A DNA stretch of 64,000 nucleotides from Hypanus sabinus (taxonomy: Eukaryota): contig NW_026781537.1 in the NCBI RefSeq assembly GCF_030144855.1, forward strand, positions 62,001-126,000. The letters run 5' to 3'. Under the pieces are notes generated by a model. That model was not told where the DNA came from and made no database searches. It was given only the letters and a program-made list of their open reading frames with translations. The stretch's first letter is position 1. Each line of letters starts with the position of its first letter. This document shows positions 1 through 13,724 of the stretch, one piece after another. The translations under genes were made by a program, and so were the position numbers.

Positions 1-529
1 AATAAAATTTGCTATAGGTATGTCCTTCTAAGCATATAAACGAGATCGAAAGCAAAATCCCAGCGATATTACATAATAAAACTGTTACAGCCACAGAACC
101 TTATCTGCGCTTGTGAACGGATTGATGAACATACTTTTCTGGATTAGCAGAGAATGGATGTTTGATTCTTCGAATGTGACAAATGTATTGGCGTAAGATC
201 AGTTGTTTTAATGACTTAGATGTCGATGTAGAAAACTGAATCAGAAATAATTCGGACGAATCCTGGGTTGGGGGCGTTTTTCCAGCCAGGAACTCTATAA
301 AGACTTGTAGACTGGCTGGAAAATTGGTTGAAAATTGAAGATGGAATTTAATAGAGACAAGTATGAGTTCGTCTGCATTGTGAGGACAGATAGAACAGGT
401 TAACAACCACACTGAATAAAGGGAATTTAGTGTGCAAATGGAGACCTGGAAATACAGATCGATGATTCCAGAAAAGCGCGTCACGGGAAGGTCGGCTTGT
501 ATTGAGCTCTAATCACATTGACCTTCACA

Positions 530-1100
530 GTCAGTTCACTGAGAACAGGAGCTGCGACGTTATGTTGAAGCTGTACAACATGGTGGTGAGGCCGTAGATA
601 GACTATCCTCGGCTGCTGCGTCCACCAACCTACCGTTTTAAAAAGTCAATAAACTTCAAAGTGTGCAGCGATAATTTGAAAGCAAGAGTTCGGGAACTGA
701 TGACCAGAGTTAGAAGGAACTGTTGAATCGGAATCTATTCGCTTGGCAGCAGGACGATGAATGGAGCTCTTACAGACGTAACACATTTGTGAGAGTTACA
801 GACAGGGTGATTGCTCGCAGATTTTCCTGATCCTCTGAGTGAATCTAAAACTACTTTATTGGTGTGGGGTGAAAGTTTAAATATGCAAGAGCGTTGCGTG
901 CTAAAGCTGACTCGCCAAGAGGGTCGAGGGGTGTGGAAGATTCTGCCAGTGTCAGTGGTAGATGCGGGTTCGATTGTATCAGTTCAGGGAAGGTTGTCAA
1001 GGTAAGCGCTTGAGACGCGGACCGAGGTTGCAAATAAATGGGACGAGGCGAAGGATCGCAGAAGGATGACCCAGATGGTCGGAAGACCCTACTTCTCTGT
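530..1100 (+). mobile_element. Decayed CR1-type LINE 3' fragment
   Basis: Degenerate CR1 ORF2 3' sequence ('ttatgttgaagctgtacaacatggtggtgaggcc', 'gagggtcgaggggtgtggaa'), resembling the better-preserved CR1 at 63300-63850. Confidence 0.55.
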
Positions 1101-2289
1101 AGTAATAATCTCTGACTCCATGACGATCTCTGTCCCATTTCCCCATTTAGTGTCTTCTCATTTTCCACCTTGACACCGATCTCAGTATGTACAGAACTGT
1201 AGATGTGTTCAAACTCAACTTTCAACCACATTTCCTTCTGATCTCGCAGTACATCACTCTCTGCCTATTGAGGAACTCGTACCGATGAGCGTCTATCGGC
1301 TTCTTGGAAAAAAATAAAAACTCTCACCACTCTGTATCCATGATGGAAGTGGCATCGCGGTGCGGCCGACCGCCACCCTGCATCCATTGCGGCCGTCGTA
1401 CTGATGCGTGGCTCCCGGCTCAGTTCAGATTACCTCAGCGCTGAAACACGCAGTCCGCTCTTACGCTTTGAATACTATTTATGAGGCTGACTGCACCAGA
1501 CTCACCGTTTTACTCACCTTTTCCTGTGAATTATTTTCACCCCAACAGGTGAACAGCTGCTCTGTTTTGCGTCAGCTGTTCACTCAATTCCTACTCGGCT
1601 TTTTTTTTTAACCAACGGCGCCATTAATCAATACATCCACCCAGCATTGGTTTTGTTTACTTCTTCGATATAAGCGTTGTTACCAAGGCATTATTTATTA
1701 TGTGTCTCCAATTGCTCCTCAGATGGAACCGAATCGCTTCTCTTCTGTCCGACTACAGCCTTTCAAGCAGCGAATGGAAAGAGGGAGACTGAAGAACAGT
1801 GCCGTACGGAGATATATTTCTTGGCAAAGCAGGTATTTGTCTCGCACGGGATCGCTGAAGTGGTGAGGATTTCCTGCAATAGTGGTCATGGCTCCAGACA
1901 CTGGAAATGCAACCTTGGACGATCACCGCACGCGGCACACACAGTGCCGAATGAAATATGATAAAGTGGATTTTTCTGGATGGTATTAATAATCCTTCGA
2001 ATTGCTGAAGACCGATTTCCCCGTTCAGCGGGCAATGTTCCATCATTACTCTTCCTACGTACACTACGTGGAGAGAAAGCTGGATATTTTAAGAGGCGAG
2101 TCACAGAGCAAGTCTCCACCGTGAATCTGTGCCTCCTGTTGCAAGGCAGTCTGAAGCTCAATTTGCCAACCAGCCTGGGAATCACTGGATCCCATGCTTA
2201 TAGACCGGCCGCATATCCATTTGGATAGAAATAATGAGAATTGTTTACACGTCCATTCGCTAATGCAAAGGCCAGGGATTGTAGAGGAT

Positions 2290-2720
2290 GACTGCAAACG
2301 ATGGTGCTCCACAGTGCAAAACCCCATCTACATTGGGCCTCACCAATGTTGGGGCTATCATACTGGCAGAATCCAGTATAAACGTCTGACCTGGAATGAC
2401 AGATTTCCGTGAATGGTGGTAGGTGAGGGAGCAGGTGCAGATGATGGTGTTGCACCTGTAATGATTGCAGGGATAAGTGCCAGGATGGCGGTCAGTAGGA
2501 AGCGATAGTGGACAAGGGATTGATGTATAAAGCGATACCTGTAGATAGCGGAGAAGGCGGTGGAGGCGGGATAAGGGATCTGACGCATCGGGAGATCCTG
2601 CTGGAGACAGATGGAGTTACGGAGGACGAGATGTCCGTGGTGTGGTAGGTGACTTTATGAAGAACCTTTTCCCAGTCGTGACGCGGGGGGTGGGGGTGGT
2701 ACGAAGGCAAATTCTCTAAA
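2290..2720 (-). mobile_element. Penelope-like element fragment (GIY-YIG region)
   Basis: Minus strand reads 'cctggcacttatccctgcaa...ccctcacctaccaccattca...ttccaggtcagacg...cattggtgaggcccaatgtagatgggg', recognised as the common elasmobranch Penelope-like repeat. Confidence 0.55.
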
Positions 2721-3739
2721 TGTGAGACATGGATATCAATAAATTCTCAACGAGTTCTGAGTACTAATATCGTTCAGCCAAGCCAAGGTCAGTCAGATTT
2801 TGGGGTGACATCAGAAACACTGGAACCTGCAAAATAATAGTGATTACTATCTGAGGTAAATGAGAATACGAAAAGTCTGGTCCTTCAGTGGGATTCCGAG
2901 GGATTTGGGCCAGACGGTAAACTTATCTGCGTGGAAGTATTGTTCAACCAACTCTGCAAAAATTTCGGGTGGTCTGTCTGCGTTAAATACAACTACTGTC
3001 ACTATCGGCGTGAATGTACATGATCTCCTGCTGGTCCAACAAACATCGTAAGCGTTTATTAAGCTAAATATCATCAACTACAAGCTCCATTAAATACTAT
3101 TGGCTCATAGAAACGTGGATTTCCACCTACAGGAACAGATATAAATCTGTGTCCCTGCCAAATAAATTCCCTTTCCTTAACAAAGAATCTTGGGATCTGT
3201 GCAATAAGCTTTTCTTGTTTTTCTACACAACCGGGTAGAAACAACGAAGCAGACGCAAACATACATCGCAATCTGTTAAAAAAAAGTTGTTTTAAGTTTT
3301 TTAATGCCTGTTTAGAAAGAGACGGGATATAATCAAAAAGATTTAAAAGATAATACGAAACAGCAGACATGTTCAGCTGTGCAGTAATGAGTTCTAAACT
3401 CCATTGAACAATCAGAGATTCAGTAACAATATTTCTGCATTCATAATTTGGCACCGTTACCTCTCGCTAAAACATATACTTGGCACATATTTCCGCAACT
3501 TCTGCTTTCGTTTCCATTGATCTGCAGAAGTGCATAGAATTAAATTTGAAACGATAAGTTAGAGAACTGTCTGTGAGAAGACATCACTTAAACTTACAAA
3601 TGAAAATATGTGTCCGGAAGCTGGCAAGTGACAGATGGAAAAGGAAAAGGGATGGCAAGAAGGATACCTCCTCTACATAGATGCACCTACCACTGGTATC
3701 GCCTTTCCCCACATCTTTATTCTGTCCTCTACGCGCTTC

Positions 3740-3829
3740 CATTCCAGTCCTAATACGGTGCATTGGACTGAAACGTCAACTCATTACTGACTTCCATAGA
3801 TGTTGCCTGGCCTGCTGCGTTCCTCCAGT

Positions 3830-3891
<62 letters not shown>

Positions 3892-3930
3892 GCCCCTGGT
3901 ATGTAGCATCTGCGAATCTCTTGCCTTTCA
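3740..3930 (+). mobile_element. Penelope-like terminal repeat fragment
   Basis: 'tgaaacgtcaac...gatgttgcctggcctgctgcgttcctccagtattgtgtgtg'; related copies at about 12630-12715 and 26535-26645. Confidence 0.5.
3832..3890. repeat. (TG)n microsatellite
   Basis: Uninterrupted TG run. Confidence 0.98.
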
Positions 3931-5849
3931 GTATTGGAAACATTAATCTGCGATGAACCTGTAGTTGAATTGAACAATTTGTCACAGTCGAGCTTACATT
4001 ATTGCATTGTTTAAACACCTAACTTCATCGTCCGATCTTTTATGAAACTTTGTATCCATTGCTGCTCATTTAATATGATTTCCAATATGTAATATAACGA
4101 CTTGTATTCGAAACACGAGACCAGCCTCATTCTGACAAACTGGAATCTACTGACATTGGGATCACGATACATCAGCATCAAAGCCGGTGCATGGGATATG
4201 CAGTGATCCTGCATTACAGTCAATGTATCTGATTCATAACTGCCATAGTCCAATCCAAATCCCGGTATTGCCTCCCCAGGGACTCAGACAGATGTCCGTG
4301 AGTGTGCTTAGTGGATATCTGTGCACATCAATCCGGCTGTGTTTCACATTACTGCCCATCTGTAAAGACCTCTTAACCCGTTCCTTGCAATGTTTTATCT
4401 ATTTCTCGAAATACTTACAAATGTTTTCAAAATCTCTTTTGAAAAATAAACTCTTTTCTCATTGTACTCAATTATATGACTGCGTGTTTTCCGTAATTCT
4501 ACAAGCGCCGAAATATAGTGGGTTAACTGCATCTCATCTTGACAGTAATTAATCTGATTAGTGATGTGCAATAATTCTCCCTTGTTATTGTTACACAGGC
4601 GGATTGAAACAGCAAATATACACGCACGTTTATTCGCAGCATTCAGCATATTTTTCTTCAATAGTTAAATATGTTAAACATATATTTACGCGTACACAGT
4701 ATTTGAACAACTATATTTACTATTTTAATCCGGCTGCGATACATCAGAGAATATATTATCTGTTGTGTAAAGGTGTAAGTCAAGAAGGCTCGGCAATTTT
4801 ATGTCTCCCGTGGTTTCCATTATGTGAACCTACTGAACAAGCTGCACCTGTTTTTGTCATTGAGGTTCTTTATCCGCGAATGCACTGCACCACCTCTAAT
4901 GAACAATGTACAGATTTATTTTCGTACGGACTGACTAAATAAAAAACTGTAATAGGACCTGAAAATAAACTTGTATCGAATTTCATTTCGATATACGCAA
5001 ATGGAAATATGCTGGTGCTTCGATATATATAATATGCCCAATGTGGTGATAAAAATAATGGAGTGAATATTTCCCTTTAACCGCCGGGTCACTCTTAATT
5101 TTAGTAAGAAAATAAGAACATATTCTGTGGTTTAATACCTTTAAGTTTCACTGCTATTTCGATCACTCTTTGTCATATTGGCCGCACATCTCTCCGCTCT
5201 CAGCTGTATAGCCGGAAAGTTCCAGTCCATAACGAGAGCATGCACGCAAATTCTGACCAAGATACATCTGTCATCTCCCGCAGTGCAGACAGTTATAAAA
5301 ATAAGTAGTGATTGCACACTTGGAGCATTGATTTTGTAGCTTGTAATTTGTGCATTATCAGTATGTTAATTGTTGCAGGGGAGCGGGCATTGACAAATAG
5401 AGACATAAACAATTTCTTCCGATGTTCAGTAACAGTGTGGTCTGTGACTACTGGGCATTATCACTAACAGTCTGATTCTGCTGAGAGTATTTTGTGAAGC
5501 GAGATATTGATATGTTTTTTTTATTGCTTTATGGTCGTATCTTGTTTTCGCGGTGTCCATCGTGAGCCTGGACAAACAATGAGACAATGATATTACCAAT
5601 ATTCTGAGAGATGGTTCTGAATAAGCAGTGAGAGTCTCTTTATGTGTTCAATCGTGGGACCGAAAGAGCTGTGATTGTAACATTGCAGTATTGAGTGAAC
5701 TGGACAAGCAATAACCGTATCTATGTGGACGATGGCAGGTCGGGGAAAGCACTGATAATACCTGTGTGGTCAGTTTTGTGCCTGTTCTGTAAAGACAGTT
5801 CTGCTCATATAAACGATGCATGATAAAGGGGAAGATTTGTCGGTTCCTT

Positions 5850-6600
5850 ATTTAGATGCATACGTTTAGAGGTGACTGTAAGGTCGATCGTGCTTTTTGT
5901 AGAGAACATGGGTTCTCTACAAAAGGACATTAATAAGAAGTGGATCTGAGCTGTGAAATGGAAGTTGAAGGTCACTCCGGAAAAGACCGAAGACACAGCC
6001 TTTGTTGGCCGACATTGAAGAAAGACTGTGGGGTTATTGGCCGGATTTTCAGCAATGAGGAAGAGAATACCTCCTTGGTGATAACGAGCATAATTTACAG
6101 ATACCGCGCAAGTGAATAGTTTTGTTCCGAAGGGGTATGATGTGCTGTACTGCATTATTTCGGGGACTGAGTTCGAAGATATAACTGCAAGAACTATAAA
6201 TTCGTTGAAGAGAACACTGCAAATTGAGTTCAGTTCTGGTCCCCCATTATAAGGGACTCCCGAAATAGGGACGTCCGTTCAGAGCGGAGAAGAGGAGGAG
6301 GGTGTTTAGCCAGACGGTGGTGAATCTATGGTATTCTTTGCCACAGGCGGAAGCGGAGGACATAAAGGGGAACTGGATAGCCTGTTGAACAGTCCCGGCA
6401 TCAGAGGTTTCGGGGAGAAGGCAGCAGAAATGGCGGGGCCAGGAGTGCTGTCGGAGTCTGGCACATTAGGAACATCACAGAGACTCTTACAGAGGCGCTG
6501 GAATCAAAGGCCAACGGAGGGAATTGTTGGGTTGATCTTGGAGTAGATTAAGAGTTCAGTAGAGTTTTTTGGGCCAAAGACCCCGCACTCTAATACTCTG
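5850..6600 (+). mobile_element. Decayed CR1-type LINE fragments
   Basis: 'gagttcagttctggtcccccattataaggga', 'gtggtgaatctatggtattctttgccacag'; no intact ORF. Confidence 0.45.
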
Positions 6601-6893
6601 CGTGTTAGAGTTCAACGGCGGATCTGAGTGGTTGTTGCTCAAGTAATACCCCATCATTTTCCATGGTTTTTCAATGTATTCTCTGTCCTTGTGTGTTGTG
6701 ATTGATTTAACGGGTTTCTATACACAAAGGAAAACGCCACAAACTGAGTTTGTTTGACAGCGTCCTCCTGCGCATCAGTTACAATGCGCTGAAGAAAAAT
6801 CTCTGACATTTTTTTATTATTCATTACAACATTCAGCAATAGTTTGTGTCCCTTAAATATTAAAAACGCTGTATTACTTATTATTGTTTATAA

Positions 6894-7132
6894 TTTGGCG
6901 GCCCACTTCCCAGCGCACTCGAACCGGCTCACAAAGAGGCCAGCGCCAGCATTGAGGGCGGCACCAAAAAGAGCGCCAGGCGGGACAGGACTGTGAATAT
7001 GCGCTCCCAACAGCATTCCCACCCGGGGAGGGCAGGAACAGCAATGGTTTAAAGCGAAGTCGCGAAGCTTGAATAAACCTCTTTTTCAACTACGTGTCGT
7101 TATTTCAGCACTGCGTGTAGCACACCGCTAGA
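6894..7132 (+). repeat. 5' LTR of the Gypsy element
   Basis: Aligns with 9914-10182 ('ttcccagcgcactcgaacc', 'gaataaa', 'gtgtcgttatttcagcact') and is followed directly by the PBS. Confidence 0.8.
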
Positions 7133-7134
7133 AT

Positions 7135-7148
7135 TGGTGACCCCGACG
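7135..7148 (+). promoter_or_regulatory. Primer-binding site complementary to the tRNA-Trp 3' end
   Basis: TGGTGACCCCGACG immediately after the LTR. Confidence 0.85.
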
Positions 7149-7188
7149 GCCCAAACGATATTTGGACCGGGGATGAAAGACCCCGCAT

Positions 7189-9480
7189 TTGTTCATGTGG
7201 TATCGTTGGACACTGCGACCTCGCCTATGGTTCCAGAAAGCAGAAGCCCAATTCCACATTCGGCAAGATGTCTGGGACAAGCAGTCGAGATGCCGCTTTT
7301 TGGTTGACACCGGAGCCGAGATCAGCATCTTACCTCCGACGAGTTCCGACACCCGCAACAGATCTCCGGGTCCCACCCTGATGGCCGAGAACGGCAGCAC
7401 AATAAGGACCTACGGCACCCGTACCGTGAGGCTACAGTTCGGCTCCAGCCGGTTCACGTGGAACTTCACACTGGCCGCCGTAGCCCGACCGCTCCTGGGG
7501 GCAGATTTTCTGCGAGTTCACAGCCTAATGGTCGACCTGCAAGGGAAGAGACTTTCAAACGTTCTCCCTGGGAAAAGCCCAGTTGCCGGCCCCACACCTG
7601 AACTCCATCACGCTGTCCGACAACGACTTCAGCAGAGTCCTGGCGGATTTCCCATCGGTTATGGCACCGCAGTTCACGGCAGCCATGCCCAGACACGAAG
7701 GACAGCACCACAATATGACCCGGGGACCTCCCCTCCACCCCCGTGCTCGAAGGCTTACCCCGGACAAGCTCCGACTGGCGAAGTAGGAGTTCAAGAGGAT
7801 GGAGAATTGGGGATCGTACATCGGTCCGACAGCCCATGGGCCTTCCCCCTGCACATGGTACCCAAAGCAACAGGGTGCTGGAGACCATGCGGCGGCTACG
7901 GCAAGCAAAACAAGGCTACAACACCGGACCGCTACAGTATGCCGCATATTCAGGAATTTGCAGCAAACCTGCACGGCGCACGGATCATCTTCAAGGTAGA
8001 CCTCGTCCGGGGATACCATCAAATCCCGATGCATCCGGACGACCTCCCCAAAGCGGCACTCATCACCCACGTTCGGCCTTTCGAGTCCCTCTGCATGCCG
8101 TTCGGCCTGAAGAATGCCGCACAGACGTCCCAGTGGTTAATGAACGCGGTGGGACGAGACCTGGACTACGCTTTCATCTATTTGGACGACATCCTCATAG
8201 CTAGCAGCAGACGGCAGGAGCATCTGTCCCACGCGGTCCGCCATTTTCCCCGACCCAACACAATCAAAGGCCTTCAGGAATTCGAGGGTATGGTGAATTT
8301 CTACCACCACTTCCTCCCCTCAGCAGCCCGAATCAAGCGCCCCCTGTTCGCCCTGATTTCGGGTAAGGGCATGGACATTACATGGGACGAGAAGACCGCC
8401 GCTTACGTTAAAACCAAAGAAGCCTTGGCAAACGCCACGATGCTAATGCACCCCAGAACGGACGTCCCTACCGCTCACAGTGGACGCATCCAACACGGCA
8501 GACGGTGGAGTGCTGGAACAACTCATCCAGGGTCGCTGCAATCCGGCATTTCAGGTACCTCTTAGAAGGTAGGCCCTTCACCGCGTTCACGGACTACAAA
8601 ACGCTTACCTTTGCGTTCACGAATGCGTCCGACCGCTGGTCGTCCCGCCAGCAGCGACATCAGACCAACATCTCTGAATACACGACGGATGTCAATGTGG
8701 AGACATGCCGAGACATGCCGTCTCGGGAAAGGACAATGCCGTGGCGGACACCCTCCAGACCTAACATCCAAGCCCTGCCCCATGGGGTAGTCTATGAAGC
8801 GCTGGCGGAGGCGCAGCAGGCTGATCAGGAGATCCATAGTTACAGAACTGCAGTTTCCGGTTTGCAGCTCCAGAGCCTCCCCGTAGGCCCAGGTGAGCAG
8901 GCCCCTACTCTGTGACAGATCCACCGGCGAACCCCGCCCCATTGTCCCGGCAGCCTGGCGGCGGCGCGTTTTGCAATCCATTCACAACTTAGTGTACCCC
9001 TCCATCAGGTCAACCGTACGGATGGTCTCCAACAGTTTCGTTTGGCACGGACTCCGCAAGAATTCACCAATACGTGCAAGTACTGCCGACTAGACAAGGT
9101 TCAGCGGCACACCAAAGCCCTGCCGCAGCAGTTCCACCGGCGTTTCGACCACATTCATGTGGATATCGTGGGCCCACAGCCAGTGTCGCCCGAGCACTGA
9201 TTGCAACCTGGGTATCTCGCTTTGCTGTACCTCCGACAGAGGCGCCCAGTTGACCTCCAGCCTGTGGTCAGCTATTGCCAGCCTTTTGGGGACTCAGCTG
9301 CACCACACAACTGTCTACCACCCACAGTCGAATTGACTAGTGGAGCGTTTCTACCGTCACCTGAAGTCGGCTCTCATGGCCCGTTTCAAAGGGGCCTAAC
9401 TGGGTGGACGAGCTTCCCTGGGTCCTGCTCGGAATCCGCACGGCGCCCAGAGAGGATATGCACACCTCGTCGGCCGAGTT
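7189..9480 (+). pseudogene. Gypsy pol pseudogene (protease-RT-RNase H-integrase)
   Basis: Motifs split across ORFs 7189-8565, 7583-7786, 8505-8915 and 8893-9093; gag largely deleted. Confidence 0.88.
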
Positions 9481-9913
9481 GCTGATGGCGCACTCCAGGT
9501 CGTCCCAAGACAGTTCATACTAGCCCCAAGGGGGCAAGAGGAAGAACCCACAGCAGTCCTGGACAGACAACGTGAGATGCTTGGTAACTTGGCCCCATAC
9601 CCATTTCACAACATGTGCAGAACCCGACCCGCGTACCCGTAGACCTTCAGAACTGTAAGTTTGCTTTTGTACGACGGAGCGGACACTGGGCACCGCTACA
9701 ACGCTCCTGCGATGGGCCGTTACGGTGATCAGAAACAATGGGTCCATATTCGTGCTGGACACTGTGGGGAGAGAGGAAGTTTTCACAGTGGACTGACTAA
9801 AACCGACCCATTTGGAATTGGCGCAGCTGGTCGGGTTTCAGGCACCGCAGCGCAGTGCCAGCACAGGGACCGGCCCGGACTGAGGGCATTGGGGGGAGTG
9901 TTTTGTGGAGTTA

Positions 9914-10182
9914 GGTGGCGACTCAGTTCCCAGCGCGCTCGAACTGGCCCACAAAGTGGCGCGCGCCGGCATTGAAGCCGGTCTCAAATAGGGCGCCAGT
10001 CTTTCTTCACCAGCAAGGGGAAATGTCCGTGAGCGGTGCGGGACTGTGAACATGTGCCCCTTCCAGCATTCCCGCCCGGGGAGGACGGGAACAAGAAGAC
10101 TTTAAAGCGAGGCCGCGAAATTTGAATAAATCTTTTTTGCAACTGCAACACGCCGACTGCGTGTCGTTATTTCAGCACTACA
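9914..10182 (+). repeat. 3' LTR of the Gypsy element
   Basis: Follows a G-rich PPT, matches the 5' LTR and ends '...cactaca'. Confidence 0.78.
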
Positions 10183-10184
10183 AC

Positions 10185-11819
10185 CTTTTGAATGTTCGAT
10201 GCCCAGTAATAATGGAAAAAGCTAGGAAGGCCCATTCTATCTACGCCTCAACTTCTTTGACGAATGTGCTTATTAACACTTGGGACCTTATTTTCCCAAA
10301 TAAAGGAGCTTAAAACTTGGTCGACTGATTTGAAAAATAACATAGATAAGAGAACTGGCAAGCTCTGGAACAAGTAAAGAAATCTGGCAAGTATAGACAT
10401 TTTTACTGATTGAAATCTCCCAACTCTAGTAAGGGGTAAACTGCGCCATGTCTCAAAATCAGCCTTCATTTGGCTAACCTGAGGCCCGTAGTTAGCTTCA
10501 AATGGAAATGTAAAAGAGCGAGTAACGTGTATTCCCAGATATACAAAACCATCTTTAGATTCCTGTCGGATCTGTAGAGCCAAGTTATTAATAGAAGATC
10601 ATTTTCTTTTTTGAAGGTTCAGTTTATAGCCAGAGAAGGCTCCAAATTGACCTAATAATGACACAATAGCAGGACTGCTACCTACTGAGTCGCTAACATA
10701 AAGTAAGAGGTCATCAGCATACAGGGATACACGGTGTTCCATGTTCACTCTCCTACCAACTTGACATAATGTAGTTGACTTAAGTGCAATAGAAAGAGGC
10801 TCAATTGCAATTGCAAAAAGAAGAGGGGGCAATGAGCAGCCTTGGCTAGTGCCACGTGTTAATGGGAAATAGTCAGTTGGAAAACAATTCGGCTCCACAC
10901 TCGCTAAAGGCGAGTTATATAATAGCTTAATCCAGGCTACAAATATTCTGCCGAATCCAAATTTCACAAAAATATTAAACAAGTATACCCACTCCACTCT
11001 ATCAAACACCTTATCCGCATCCAAGGAGAAAAAGACCTCAGGACTTGGAGAATCACTGGCTGAATAAACCACATCAGCCGGTCGATGGATATTTAAAAAA
11101 AGAATGGCGATTTTTAATAAAACCTGTATGATCATCTTTACATTCAAAGAAATAAACCTCACAGGGTGGCCTCCATCTGCAGCCCTCATGTTAACTATAT
11201 CAAAAGACACATAGGGCCCACAATCCAAAACAATGCGAGGGCACAACTGCACACAATAACGCACAATGAAAAGAAAATCTGGCTAATCCGTAACACACAA
11301 AAGAACAAATTGCCATGGTAATTCCCAAAAAACTCTCCCACCCTTTTACACAAACACGCAAAAACAATTAACCCCCGAAACCTAGATCTACCTCTCCAAC
11401 TGAGGATGATCGCAGTCATTACAAACAAAAACCTTCCAAAGCTTTCCCCATACAACCAAAACTTCGATCAAGTGCGGCTTCCCTCCTTAGAATTTATACC
11501 AACACTTATTCTACTTTTAATATATATAGGCTGAAGATAACTAAGCGAAGCCTCTCCAAGTCATCGGGTAGAGCAGGTCCAACAGCGTGCATCTGTGACA
11601 TTAGCATCAGCTTCCTTGCTCAGGGCTTCGCTATTTTTCCTGTTTTACCTCGAGGGTGCATTTTGTTTGCCATGTCTGTGTCCAGCAACATCCCGGGTTG
11701 TTCACAATGCTCAGTTATCTCGATCATACGACAAAGATAAACAGGCAGTTTTTGAATAAAAATCGGGAGCCGCACTAACACGCACCTATTCACTCCACGC
11801 CCAACCCGAAAGTCCCCCA
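10185..11819 (-). mobile_element. L1-clade LINE, internally deleted (5' UTR, ORF1 start, ORF2 RT pieces)
   Basis: SLDADKVFDRVEW, GTSQGCSLPPLLFAIAIEPL and SLYADDLLLY in ORF 10599-11264; FVYLGIHVT...WENKVP in 10248-10583; L1-like 5' end 'gggggactttcgggttgg' and ORF1-like start MANKMHPRGK. Confidence 0.85.
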
Positions 11820-12333
11820 AGCCTGAACAACATTCTGACTGTAATAGCTCATCCATGATGGAATGATGAAGCAAACCGATCTGCAAAATATTTTATGTTC
11901 TTGTGAACCTTGTCACATTTTCGCTTTCTTCCAAAATCATCAGATTATTGGGCCTTATAGTCTATTTACCAAAATCCATCTGTAAAGCAGAGTTGCCCGG
12001 TAAAATTGAACCTCCCACCCAATGTATTCAGATTCAGTCCTGTCTATAAACATTTATTTCTCCGCTTCCCTAAATGTGAAAACAATGAGACTTCCAAGCG
12101 TTAACATTCATCTGAACAAAAGTCCTTCACGCATTCTTGCTGAGACGCGTCTCACGAGTCTTCGAATTGTAATTTTTGTACAGCTTCAATTTCCACAGAA
12201 GTTGCCGAAGCTGAGAAAACTGCAACACCCTCGCTTTCAATTCAGATTGGCAGGACGGTAGACGTGTTTGTGTGTACATAACTTTGCTTACAAATCAGGC
12301 ATTCATTCCCTTCTCAAACACAACTCAAAATTT

Positions 12334-12447
12334 GTCAGGATGGCCGAGTGGTCTAAGGCGCCAGACTTAAGGAATGAAACTTCTTCCGACAAACGGGAGG
12401 GTTCTGGTCTCCATCTGGGGTCGTGGATTCGAATTTCACTCCTGACA
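12334..12447 (+). tRNA. Intron-containing tRNA-Leu gene or pseudogene (Leu-CAA-type backbone, anticodon TAA)
   Basis: GTCAGGATGGCCGAGTGGTCTAAGGCGCCAGACT-TAA-G, 30-nt intron 12372-12401, then TTCTGGTCTCC...GTGGATTCGAATTTCACTCCTGACA; T-stem mismatches suggest decay. Confidence 0.85.
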
Positions 12448-12789
12448 TAATTTGTCTTTAAGTATTGAATCGAGATGATATTATTTCTGCAAACAAGAAC
12501 CTGGGTTTTTGAGTTGGATTAGAAAAAAACGGTTGGTAGATAAGTTTGATTTGTTTTTGAGGCTGTTCATCGCATTAGAGAAGATAACCCTACACAGAAT
12601 TCTGATAAGTGGTTTATTCAGAAACAATTTCACGGTGAAGGATCTTGGCCTGAAACGTCGACACTTTACACTTTTCCACCAATGCTGTTGTCTGCTGCGC
12701 TTCTCCTGGCATGCTCAGCTATTCAATATTGAATAACGTTTAAAGTGAAATGATGGATTGTCGGAATATTCAATGAATGGGCACGTGAG

Positions 12790-13220
12790 TGTACATTATC
12801 CCCTTTTGATCAATAGTCTGATTGTTGATGGGTAGTAACTGTTCTTGAGCGTGTCCGTGCGAGTCCTAAGGCTCTTGTACCGTCTACCTGATGGCAGCAG
12901 CGAAACAATTGCATGGCCTCTGATTTTATGATTTTCCTTCAAAGGTACAGTGTTTCCATACCACGTCTTGATGCAGCCAGACAATATACTCTCTCGGACA
13001 CACCTATATAAGTTCATCAAGGTTTTTGATGTCATGCTGAATCTCAGCAATCCTGAAAGAAAGTAGAAGAAATAGTTATACCAGCAATTTAAAGTTACTG
13101 ACACGCCCCGCCTCTGATCTTCCAAGTAGAATTGGCCCAAGGACTTCTGGTTTTCCCTCTGCTGAAGAAAACAATCAGTCCTTGGTCTTGCCGACATAGA
13201 GTGATATGGTGTTGGCATAT
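12790..13220 (-). mobile_element. Rex/Babar- or L2-like LINE 3' fragment
   Basis: LMNLYRCVRESILSGCIKTWYGN...LLPSGRRYKSLRTRTDTLKNSYYPSTIRLL, a typical ORF2 C-terminus. Confidence 0.75.
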
Positions 13221-13724
13221 CTTCTTTAAAACGATACGCTCTTAATTGAAGTGTATGCCCCAAGAGGGGATCGTTTTGAGACATGTAAATACTGGAATGG
13301 AAGTAACTTTTGCGTACTCTGCCAATATCTATGCCTGAAAATCAAAGAAACGTGTATCAGATTCCCCCTCACATCCGATGCTGCAGAGAAAAATAAAAGA
13401 AGTTTTACTAAACTCTTGTTATTGCACAAGCAGTCTATTTCAGGTAGCATCTGGGTGATGTTCCTCTGCACACTCTCCGAATCCTCGTCATCCTCTCTAC
13501 TGAGGATGGCCTGAAAGGGGTGCAGCACAATTCCAGTGCTGTGATTCTGTACGCTCTGATTCCGCACATGTTCGGCAACCTGAGAAAATGCATCACGTCC
13601 ATGTTCATTTAAAATCCCAGGATATAGTGTGTGTTTGTATGTATACCCTCCGAAGAAGCAGTCAATCAGACTAATCCGAAATACAGCTGTGTATCTCGCA
13701 TGCGGAGACAGGACTGCAGGGGTT

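Larger units (their letters stand above)
6894..10182 (+). mobile_element. Ty3/Gypsy LTR retrotransposon, internally deleted and frameshifted
   Basis: Similar LTRs at about 6894-7132 and 9914-10182; PBS at 7135; polypurine tract near 9890; protease LVDTGAEIS, RT FKVDLVRGYHQIPM and YLDDILIAS, RNase H RHFRYLLEGRPFTAFTD, integrase remnants, in PR-RT-RH-IN order. Confidence 0.92.

Noticed and set aside
1723-2160. RTP (zf-3CxxC) or Harbinger transposase pseudogene
   Set aside because: Only faint motif resemblance requiring several frameshifts; not supportable without a search
12630-12665. Penelope-associated hammerhead ribozyme (also about 3750-3780 and 26535-26570)
   Set aside because: The CTGATGA...GAAA core is mutated in every copy, so they are probably inactive relics
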